This document shows positions 9,215-16,978 of a stretch of 40,008 bases of DNA, piece by piece. Source of the stretch: Actinomycetota bacterium (GTDB lineage: Bacteria; Actinomycetota; Actinomycetes; Nanopelagicales; Nanopelagicaceae). Made by a program: the position numbers and the translations under genes. Where the stretch lies: the NCBI GenBank assembly GCA_005787645.1, contig SYAM01000012.1:1-40008 (forward strand), read 5' to 3'. The notes below the pieces were generated by a model, which worked only from the letters and a program-made list of their open reading frames with translations, did no database searches and was not told the DNA's origin. Each line of letters begins with the position of its first letter. The stretch's first letter is position 1.

Positions 9215-9325
9215 ATGGGCCCTGAAGATCCGCAACCATTACATGAAGAGGTAGATCAGGAAGAGAGCGAAAAAGACACTTCCCGCGACGAGGAAATTCT
9301 TCGCGACCGCCCACCGCATCATTAG
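9215..9325 (+). CDS. 36-aa acidic small protein ending RDRPPHH
   Basis: Not in the ORF track. Translation MGPEDPQPLHEEVDQEESEKDTSRDEEILRDRPPHH; the C-terminus matches, from recall, a small actinobacterial protein found near mscL/fmdB. Confidence 0.65.
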   Translation: MGPEDPQPLHEEVDQEESEKDTSRDEEILRDRPPHH

Positions 9326-9339
9326 TACGATGACCAATC

Positions 9340-9465
9340 CAATAAATCGGCGTATCCGCTCTCGATCTTCAGAGGTTGTCAGCGTTAAGAAGAATTTTTC
9401 TAATTGAAGTCGTCCATTGGTTTTGCTCCTTCGCACCCGCGGAGGTTCTCACGAAAACCTTGCAA
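9340..9465 (-). pseudogene. Possible heavily deleted mscL remnant
   Basis: An LQGFRENLRG segment follows AAGGAG at the end of fmdB, and a frameshifted IR-DLL segment lies at 9355-9340; these resemble the two termini of MscL. Confidence 0.3.
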
Positions 9466-9473
9466 AACGTCGC

Positions 9474-9716
9474 TTACTCCTTACTTGTGGAGGAAGAGCT
9501 GCTACTTGTGGAACTACCCTCGCCTGGTCCACCCTTAGTGGAGCGCGAGTCGGTCCGGTAGAAGCCAGAACCCTTGAAATGCACGCCCACGGGGGCGAAG
9601 ACCTTCCGAGTGATCCCTTCGCACTGAGGGCAGTTCTGATCTGAGGTGTCGGAGAAGGAGCGGCTCGCCTCGAAATCCAAGGAGCAGGCATCACAGAAGT
9701 ATTGATATGTAGGCAT
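9474..9716 (-). CDS. FmdB family zinc-ribbon protein (Rv0991c/Ruc-like)
   Basis: MPTYQY, CDAC...CPQC, FKGSGFYRTDSR, Ser-rich tail; GGAGG SD. Confidence 0.9.
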   Translation of the reverse strand: MPTYQYFCDACSLDFEASRSFSDTSDQNCPQCEGITRKVFAPVGVHFKGSGFYRTDSRSTKGGPGEGSSTSSSSSSTSKE

Positions 9717-9828
9717 CGGCCACCTCCATTAACGTCGCGCTCAAACTGGCTAAATGACAGGTCCCTAGTTTAGAAGCGTGGAAGGATAGTTGCTAATCAG
9801 AGGGTAACTTCAAGGTATCGCGGAGGGA

Positions 9829-10407
9829 GTGGCCATGCTGCCAAAGGCTGTGACGACACGAGCGTTGATCCCGCTTCTCATCGGGTTTGCCTTTGCGCTC
9901 TCGAGTTCGCCCGCTTTCGCATTCGATTTAGTGAGCGCCGATCCTGTGATCGATTCAACTATTACCACTTCGCCAGGAGCGGTAACTCTAACTTTTACAA
10001 CCGAAGTGGCAGATTCCGGAAGTTCATTGAGCGTGCGCGCGCCAAGTGGTATGGCGGTAGATGACGGCTCGCTCCTCATTGATGGCGCTAATGCGCTCAT
10101 AGGCCTGAAGAAGTTGACCGAGGGTGGCAGATATACCGTCACCTATCAATTTATGAGCATCGACGGTGACATTCTCAATGGTTCCTACGCTTTCAATTTC
10201 GATGCACCAGCTATGGTGACCGCACCGTCTCCAACAGTCATGGCTACTCCAGATTCGACCCAAGCCACTCCTGGTCAAGTAACTGGAAAGAGTTCGCGTG
10301 CTACAGATATTTTCATGATTGCACTTTTAATCATTTCGTTCCTCATTCTGATCTTCATTGGTAAATCGCTACGTAAGCCAAAAAATAAAAAGCGCAAAAA
10401 GAAATGA
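9829..10407 (+). CDS. copC: CopC-like protein with C-terminal membrane anchor, lacking His ligands
   Basis: Signal peptide, LVSADP...VTLTF, GRYTVTY..MSIDG...GSYAF, Pro/Thr linker, TM helix plus Lys tail; start could be 9835 or later. Confidence 0.75.
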   Translation: MAMLPKAVTTRALIPLLIGFAFALSSSPAFAFDLVSADPVIDSTITTSPGAVTLTFTTEVADSGSSLSVRAPSGMAVDDGSLLIDGANALIGLKKLTEGGRYTVTYQFMSIDGDILNGSYAFNFDAPAMVTAPSPTVMATPDSTQATPGQVTGKSSRATDIFMIALLIISFLILIFIGKSLRKPKNKKRKKK

Positions 10408-12221
10408 TTTCGCTTTTTAAGTATCTTGCATTAGCGAGTGCATTCTCTCTCGTAGGAATACTCACCGCAATCGCTTTTTTACTTCCGGAAATTGAAGGGT
10501 ATTTTCAAGAGTCGGCTATGAAGTTAAAGAAGATTCTCCCCCCAATTGCGGCGATATGGGCGCTCTCTTCAATCGGAGTTTTTCTCACAGAACTCGCGGT
10601 GATTGTGGATAAACCATTACTCGAGATTTTTAGCGGAAACCTGATTCGTTCATTTGCCTTGCAGGTTGTGCTTGGCAAGGTTCTCGCAATCAATATCTTT
10701 GCAGCCCTCGTTCTATTACTCATAATTCCATTTATCAAGAGAACCGGTGGCGCCGTCGCGGCCTTGGCAATTACTTTTATTGGTTTGTTGGCACCATATT
10801 TAGAGAATCACAGCACATCGTCGGGCAATCATATGTTGGCAGTAGGTCTTGTCTTGGTGCATGTCTTCGCACTTGCTCTCTGGATTGGCGGTTTAGTTGC
10901 ACTAGCACTCATCTCAAAAGAAGAACGAAGATTTGCAGCCTCTCGATTCCACACAATTGCTCTCTGGTCCTTGGTAGCAGTAGCACTTAGCGGACTAATA
11001 AATGGTTGGATTCGATTAGGGGAAATCGGAAATATCTCGAGTGGTTATGGCCTTCTGCTACTTGGAAAGTCTCTCCTTTTACTCATCATCTTTGCGGTCG
11101 CATTCCGATTCCGGGGTCAACAAAGAAGTGAATTTGATGATGGTGCATTGAGTAAGCAACTTGGCATTGAAGGACTTCTCTTTGCTGTCACGATGGGTAT
11201 GGCGGTAATTCTCGCCAGGACACCACCGCCTATTCAAAGTAGTAATCAAGAGATCAATTTAATTCTTGGTTCTGTGATGCCAGAGTCACCGACTTTCTCT
11301 CGAGTACTTCTTGGTTACGAACCCAATGGTCTTTTCCTGGCTTTCCTGGTCCTATTCGTGGCCTTATATATAAAGGGCGTAGTGGTCCTGACTCGACGAG
11401 GAGATAAGTGGCCGATTAACCGAACGATTTTCTTTGCGTTGGGAATAAGTGTTGCTGATTTTGCCGTCAATGGCGGCTTGGGCGTGTATTCGCATGTCTC
11501 ATTCTCATTCCACATGGTCGCGCACATGTCCTTGGCGACTTTAGCGCCAATCGGAATTGCTCTAGGAGCACCCATAACTTTGGCGCTCCGAACTCTTCCG
11601 ATTGGTCGACGAGAAGGCGAGCGCGGAGTCCGGGGATTTGCTCTAGCGCTTCTGCACTCCCGTTACTCACGCTTTTTTACCAACCCAATAGTTGCGATGT
11701 TGGTCTTCGATGGCTCGATGTTCGCTCTTTATTACACCGACCTATTCCCATGGTTGATGAATTACCACTTTGGTCATTTCTTTATGGAGATGCATTTCTT
11801 CATCGCCGGATTCATATTCTTTGCGGCCATAATCGGAATAGATCCAATCCCCAATAAATTACCTTTCATCGCTCGAATTGTTGTGATTCTTGGCGCAATG
11901 AGTATTCACGCCTTCTTCTCAGTATCACTTATGTCATCGAGCGTGCTTGTTGATGGCGGATACTTTGCCTCACTGGATCGACCGTGGTGGCCTGATTTGT
12001 TGGCAGACCAAAAAACAGGCGCTGCATTTGGTTGGGCATTTGGTGAGGTGCCGATTCTCATGGCCCTCGCCGCAACCTTTGTGCAATGGGTGCGCTCTGA
12101 TTCCAATGAGACGGCGCGGATCGAACGGAGTGCGCAGCGGGCGCGCCAGGCAGGTCTGCCAGATGACCATGACCGGTATAACGAGTATTTGAAGTCACTC
12201 GAGAAGCGAGATCCGCAGTAG
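10404..12221 (+). CDS. CopD-CtaG fusion (copper transport / cytochrome c oxidase assembly factor, CtiP-like)
   Basis: CopD half with HV..LALWIGGL and YGLLLLGK; CtaG half with GDKWPINRT, SFHMVAHM, HAFFS, DQKTG...GEVP. Confidence 0.88.
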   Translation: MISLFKYLALASAFSLVGILTAIAFLLPEIEGYFQESAMKLKKILPPIAAIWALSSIGVFLTELAVIVDKPLLEIFSGNLIRSFALQVVLGKVLAINIFAALVLLLIIPFIKRTGGAVAALAITFIGLLAPYLENHSTSSGNHMLAVGLVLVHVFALALWIGGLVALALISKEERRFAASRFHTIALWSLVAVALSGLINGWIRLGEIGNISSGYGLLLLGKSLLLLIIFAVAFRFRGQQRSEFDDGALSKQLGIEGLLFAVTMGMAVILARTPPPIQSSNQEINLILGSVMPESPTFSRVLLGYEPNGLFLAFLVLFVALYIKGVVVLTRRGDKWPINRTIFFALGISVADFAVNGGLGVYSHVSFSFHMVAHMSLATLAPIGIALGAPITLALRTLPIGRREGERGVRGFALALLHSRYSRFFTNPIVAMLVFDGSMFALYYTDLFPWLMNYHFGHFFMEMHFFIAGFIFFAAIIGIDPIPNKLPFIARIVVILGAMSIHAFFSVSLMSSSVLVDGGYFASLDRPWWPDLLADQKTGAAFGWAFGEVPILMALAATFVQWVRSDSNETARIERSAQRARQAGLPDDHDRYNEYLKSLEKRDPQ

Positions 12222-12253
12222 CGGACTCTGCCTAATTCTGAGTTAATTGCCTC

Positions 12254-13396
12254 ATGGAATCCCTCTTCACACTGCCCTCTGAATACCACGCGCTTCGGGA
12301 ATCTGTCCGAGCGCTCGCTGATTCGAAGATTGCTCCGGCAGCCCGCGAGGTAGATGAAGTAGCCAGATACCCTCGAGAAGCTGCTGATGCGCTTCAAGGC
12401 GCTGGGCTTGCTGCAGCGCATGTTCCCGAAGAGTTCGGTGGTGAAGGCGCTGATGCACTTGCAGTGGTCATAATCATTGAAGAGGTCGCCCGCGTATGTG
12501 GGGCATCTTCGTTGATACCTGCAGTCAATAAGTTGGGTTCATTGCCATTGATCTTGGCAGGCAATTCGGAACAGAAGAAGCGTTGGCTTACCCCGCTCGC
12601 GCAAGGAAAAGGATTTTCCTATTGTCTCTCTGAATCTGAAGCCGGTTCTGATGCGGCGGCAATGCGTACCAAAGCGGTAGCAAAAGATGGGGGCTGGCTC
12701 TTAAATGGAAGTAAGAAGTGGATTTCCAATGCCGGCGAATCCGAGTTCTACACCGTGCTTGCAAGCACAGATCCCGCTAAGGGAGCAAAAGGTATCTCAG
12801 CATTTGTAGTGGAGAAGAGCGATAAAGGTCTCTCCTTCGGAGCCCATGAGAAGAAGATGGGTTTTCGAGGTTCGCCAACACGCGAGGTCTATTTTGACGA
12901 TGTTCATCTTCCTGCTGACCGGATGTTGGGTGAAGAGGGAACTGGATTTGCTCTTGCGATGAAGACTCTTGATCACACTCGAATCACGATTGCTGCACAA
13001 GCCTTGGGTATCGCTCAAGGCGCCTTTGAGGTGGCAAGTGAATATGCGAGACAGCGTAGGCAGTTTGGCAACGCAATCTTCGACTTTCAAGCGATTCAAT
13101 TTATGCTCGCTGACATGGCAATGAAGATCGAAGCAGCACGTGGGCTCACCTATGCTGCTGCAGTAAAGAGCGAGAATTCCGAGGAAGATTTGACCTTCTT
13201 CTCTGCTGCAAGCAAATGTTATGCAACAGATGTAGCGATGGAAGTGACGACAAATGCAGTACAAGTACTCGGGGGTTATGGATACGTCTCTGACTATCCG
13301 GTCGAGCGAATGATGCGTGATGCGAAGTTAACTCAAATTTACGAAGGTACTAATCAAGTACAGCGAATCGTGATGGCGCGTAATCTGCCAAACTAA
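12254..13396 (+). CDS. Acyl-CoA dehydrogenase
   Basis: YCLSESEAGSD, LNGSKKWISN, KMGFRGSPT, GGYGY, IYEGTNQVQR. Confidence 0.95.
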   Translation: MESLFTLPSEYHALRESVRALADSKIAPAAREVDEVARYPREAADALQGAGLAAAHVPEEFGGEGADALAVVIIIEEVARVCGASSLIPAVNKLGSLPLILAGNSEQKKRWLTPLAQGKGFSYCLSESEAGSDAAAMRTKAVAKDGGWLLNGSKKWISNAGESEFYTVLASTDPAKGAKGISAFVVEKSDKGLSFGAHEKKMGFRGSPTREVYFDDVHLPADRMLGEEGTGFALAMKTLDHTRITIAAQALGIAQGAFEVASEYARQRRQFGNAIFDFQAIQFMLADMAMKIEAARGLTYAAAVKSENSEEDLTFFSAASKCYATDVAMEVTTNAVQVLGGYGYVSDYPVERMMRDAKLTQIYEGTNQVQRIVMARNLPN

Positions 13397-13896
13397 GAAA
13401 AACGGGTGATACCTAATTCAGTGGCGACAGCATCTACTCTGATGTCGTGCGGCTCCTCTGGTAATTCAGTAGCGCAGAGGCAGATGTAATCGATCAATGC
13501 GACCTTCCACCCCGAGAGCGCGGGAAGCGCGCGATCGAAGGATCCACCCCCCTGACCAAGCCGCACCCCGCGAGAATCGATGGCAAGAGCAGGCACGATA
13601 ACGACCTCAATTTTCGATAAGAGCGTTGGATTAATCTCGACACCATCAAGTAGCCAGGTAAGTGATTTATCAGAATTCATTCGAGGTAAAAGAATCTTCT
13701 TCCCTTGACTCTTAAGCGTTGAATGCATTTCAAAGGTATCGGGTTCATCTCCATACGATTGAAAAGAGGCAATCACGCTAGCGCTCTGAATTTCAGGAGC
13801 AGTCAGCAGTATCCTGCTAGGTGCTTTTCGATCGAAGGAATGCGAAGTCCGACGAAGTTCTCGAAAGCGCCCTCGCGCCTCTTCCTTACTAGCCAT
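13393..13896 (-). CDS. 5-formyltetrahydrofolate cyclo-ligase
   Basis: K..R....R N-terminus, VIVPALAID..GVRLGQGGGSFDR, EPHDIRVD; ATG 13896 preferred because the longer ORF overlaps galU. Confidence 0.9.
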   Translation of the reverse strand: MASKEEARGRFRELRRTSHSFDRKAPSRILLTAPEIQSASVIASFQSYGDEPDTFEMHSTLKSQGKKILLPRMNSDKSLTWLLDGVEINPTLLSKIEVVIVPALAIDSRGVRLGQGGGSFDRALPALSGWKVALIDYICLCATELPEEPHDIRVDAVATELGITRFS

Positions 13897-13921
13897 AGTA
13901 GGAGCGTAAGGTGTAACCACT

Positions 13922-14815
13922 ATGGGTAAGCAACCTCCACTCAAACATGCGGTCATTCCCGCAGCAGGTCTGGGCACCCGCTTTCTGCCCGCTACCAAGG
14001 CAATCCCAAAAGAGATGCTCCCGCTCGTAGATAAGCCAGCGATTCAATACGTTGTCGAAGAGGCGTATTCGGCAGGCTTTACCGACCTCTTATTGATCAC
14101 AGGGCATAACAAAGGTGCTCTTATCGACCACTTCTTGCAATCGCCGGAGTTGGAACAAACCCTTCATGCGCGCGGAGATCAAGAGCGCCTAGGCTCCTTG
14201 CAAAAATTAAATATGTTGCCTTCGCTTCATACTGTTCGGCAAGAGAGTGCACGTGGGTTAGGCGACGCGGTCTTGACTGCCGCGGAGCATGTAGGTGATT
14301 CACCATTTGCAGTTTTACTTGGCGATGACTTGATAGAACCCAGTGATCTACTCTGGAAAAAGATGGTGCAGGTCTATGAAGAATTTGGTGGGTGCGTGTT
14401 GGCATTGATGGAAGTACCCGATAGTGAAGTGTCAAAGTATGGAATTGCCAAAGTGACTTATGAGTCAGAAATGCGAGTTCATGATTTGGTAGAGAAGCCA
14501 ACTAAAGCTGACGCTCCGAGTAACTTGGCAATTATCGGAAGATACATTTTATCCCCAGAGATTTTCTCGATTCTTCGACATACTTCGACAGGGAAAGGCG
14601 GCGAAGTTCAATTAACAGATGCGATTGCGACACTTGCGCGAGATGAGCGAATCGCAGGTCCTGTTCATGCGGTTACTGCCGAAGTGCGCCGTTTCGATAC
14701 TGGAGATAGGTTGAGTTATCTCAAAACCGTGGTCGAGTTTGCAACCCGTCGCGAGGATCTAGGTCCGGAATTCACAACGTGGCTAAAAGGGTATATCCGA
14801 GGTTTGAATGATTAG
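13922..14815 (+). CDS. galU: UTP--glucose-1-phosphate uridylyltransferase
   Basis: PAAGLGTRFLPATKAIPKEMLP, LGDD, VEKP, QLTDA. Confidence 0.95.
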   Translation: MGKQPPLKHAVIPAAGLGTRFLPATKAIPKEMLPLVDKPAIQYVVEEAYSAGFTDLLLITGHNKGALIDHFLQSPELEQTLHARGDQERLGSLQKLNMLPSLHTVRQESARGLGDAVLTAAEHVGDSPFAVLLGDDLIEPSDLLWKKMVQVYEEFGGCVLALMEVPDSEVSKYGIAKVTYESEMRVHDLVEKPTKADAPSNLAIIGRYILSPEIFSILRHTSTGKGGEVQLTDAIATLARDERIAGPVHAVTAEVRRFDTGDRLSYLKTVVEFATRREDLGPEFTTWLKGYIRGLND

Positions 14816-15698
14816 CGTCGACGACTATCTCAACGAAGTGCTCGCCATTGCTAAGCCGCTAGCACCTTTGGATATGCCATTGCTCGATGCCCACGGGGCC
14901 ACCCTTGCTAGCGATATCTATGCTGGCGAACGGTTGGTCATCAGGGGCGGCGGCAGAATCCGCTCGACACATATCGGTCTTGCTGCATCGATTGGTCTCG
15001 ATCATTTGCCTACCAGACCGCACCCGCGGGTGGTCGTCATTTCAGCAGGAGAGGATCTCACTGAACCTGGACACGCAATCGATGATCGCCATTCATATGA
15101 GAGCAATTCTTGGTTATTGACTACAGCAGTTCGTGAGGCAGAGGCGATCGGTTACCGCGTGCATACCATTCCCGATACCACAGAGGAGCTTAAGGATCTT
15201 ATTGAAGATCAACTCGTTCGCGCTGACCTTGTAGTCATTAGTAGCGGCCCGCGTTCGGTCGAGATGATGCGTAGCGCTTTGAATAGCTTAGGTGCTATGA
15301 ATGAACGAGAAATCGCAATGTCGCCCTCAGGTCATCACAGTTATGGGTTGATTGGTCCTGATCAGACACCGGTGATTACCCTCCCTTCAGATTCCAAAAG
15401 CGCATATATCTGTTGCGAGATTTTTGTTCGACCAATGATTCGCCAGATGTTAGGCCGTAAGAATCTCTCCCATCGAGTGCTTAGTGCCACTCTTGATGGT
15501 GAAGTCTCAGGTGAATTAAGTTTACGAAATTATTACGATGCCATCATCAGTCATGATAATGAAATCTTGCGAGTTCGCCCTGCAGATGAATCTGCTCGCG
15601 CTGATGCAAATGGTTTGATCGTTGTCGATGAAAAAAGTTCAGTCAAAAGAGGTGGTAGCGAAGTTTCGGTGATCTTGATCGACAGGCGTGCTGATTAA
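14808..15698 (+). CDS. glp: Shortened MoeA / gephyrin-like protein (Glp)
   Basis: MoeA-like N-terminus (LLDAHGATLASD), PRVVVISAGEDL, YESNS, ADLVVISSG, FVRPMIRQMLG, ANGLIVV; position galU-glp-rimJ-glpR. Confidence 0.8.
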   Translation: MISVDDYLNEVLAIAKPLAPLDMPLLDAHGATLASDIYAGERLVIRGGGRIRSTHIGLAASIGLDHLPTRPHPRVVVISAGEDLTEPGHAIDDRHSYESNSWLLTTAVREAEAIGYRVHTIPDTTEELKDLIEDQLVRADLVVISSGPRSVEMMRSALNSLGAMNEREIAMSPSGHHSYGLIGPDQTPVITLPSDSKSAYICCEIFVRPMIRQMLGRKNLSHRVLSATLDGEVSGELSLRNYYDAIISHDNEILRVRPADESARADANGLIVVDEKSSVKRGGSEVSVILIDRRAD

Positions 15699-16229
15699 GT
15701 GGAGTTAACAGCCGGAGATATTCGCCTTCGCCCCATCGGATATAGAGATAAGAAGTGGTGGCAGCGAACTCAGAAAGAGAATGCGCAATGGCTCACACCC
15801 TGGGAGACGACCTTCCCCGAGGGCAGTGGCACCCCACCTGGGTTTCATCGGATGGTCAGGGCTTTCAAAAAGGATGCACGCCTGGGGCGCTCGGAGAATT
15901 ACCTCATCATGGTTGATGGAGTTGCCGTTGGCTTCATTGCCCTTGGTGGGATCTCATACGGTCCAGCCCGCATGGCATTCATTGGTTACTGGATTACGCG
16001 TGAATTTGCTGGCAAAGGGATAGTAACCAAGGCGGTTTTACTCCTGAAGAATCACGCCTTCACTAGCCTGCGCCTTCATCGGATAGAGATAAACGTGCGG
16101 CCCGAGAATCAACCTTCGATTCGTGTTGCCATGAAGTCCGGTTTTGAACTCGAGGGCAAACGTTCGAAGTATCTTCACATTGATGGTGCATGGCGTGATC
16201 ATCTCTGCTTTGTAGCAACACGAGAATAA
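15699..16229 (+). CDS. rimJ: RimJ-like GNAT N-acetyltransferase
   Basis: WLTPWE, IGYW, LRLHRIEINVRPEN..SIRV, YLHIDGAWRDH. Confidence 0.88.
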   Translation: MELTAGDIRLRPIGYRDKKWWQRTQKENAQWLTPWETTFPEGSGTPPGFHRMVRAFKKDARLGRSENYLIMVDGVAVGFIALGGISYGPARMAFIGYWITREFAGKGIVTKAVLLLKNHAFTSLRLHRIEINVRPENQPSIRVAMKSGFELEGKRSKYLHIDGAWRDHLCFVATRE

Positions 16230-16282
16230 GAGGCTGTCGCCTCCCATATTTGCAGGACCGAGACTCGTATTCTTTTCCCATC

Positions 16283-16972
16283 ATGAGCTCAGGATTGATT
16301 TATTTCGCCGTCATCGCGCTCTGGGTCGCATATTTTCTGCCACGTTGGCTCCGCTCCCATGATGAAGTCTCCGAGAGTAAGAGTTTGGAGCGTTATCGCA
16401 GCGCCATGCATGTGGTCTCTATGAGTTCCTCTCAAACAACATATATGACGCGCGCTGAAATTGTTGAACGTGAAGCGCGAACTCTTCGCAAACGACAGAT
16501 AACGCTCATTGCTCTGGCAATTTTTCTCTTCGCAAATTTTATTTTCGCAATTGCCAACGTAGTTCCATTAAAATCATTGCTGTTGCCAACATCCTTATTG
16601 ATAATTTTTGTAGTGCATGTACGCAGGCAAAAAGTTCAAGATGACGTGACAAAGCGTCGTCGTATGGCTGCGATGAAAGGGAAAAGTTCTCCATATAATT
16701 TTGCAGAAATCACCTATCGCTCGCCAGAGTCTGAGATCAGTAGGTGGATTCCAATAGATCATTCACGAACTGTTACGGTTATTCCCAATAATTCTTGGCA
16801 GCCAAACGATATGCCATTACCTACATACGTCACTGCGCCAAAGGCTCCCACTCGTCCAATGGTAAATAAAGAACCAGGAATTTTTGACCAAGATGCAGAG
16901 GCTGAGGTAGTTACTCCTCAAATTGATGAAGTATTTGATCAAGAGGAGTCCAAGCGCGCGGCAAACGAATAG
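16283..16972 (+). CDS. glpR: Divisome membrane protein GlpR/SepX-like
   Basis: MSSGLIYFAVIALWVAYFLP N-terminal TM, ERYRSAM, two further TMs, W.P...PLPTYVTAP.A, C-terminal RAANE; synteny. Confidence 0.8.
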   Translation: MSSGLIYFAVIALWVAYFLPRWLRSHDEVSESKSLERYRSAMHVVSMSSSQTTYMTRAEIVEREARTLRKRQITLIALAIFLFANFIFAIANVVPLKSLLLPTSLLIIFVVHVRRQKVQDDVTKRRRMAAMKGKSSPYNFAEITYRSPESEISRWIPIDHSRTVTVIPNNSWQPNDMPLPTYVTAPKAPTRPMVNKEPGIFDQDAEAEVVTPQIDEVFDQEESKRAANE

Positions 16973-16978
16973 GTCACG

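Noticed and set aside
9239-9436. 65-aa minus-strand ORF with a hydrophobic C-terminus
   Set aside because: The hydrophobic part is the antisense of the GAA-rich RPPHH small ORF; no recognisable family
13897-13998. N-terminal extension of the 5-formyl-THF cyclo-ligase ORF
   Set aside because: Overlaps galU on the opposite strand; ATG 13896 has a well-placed -10
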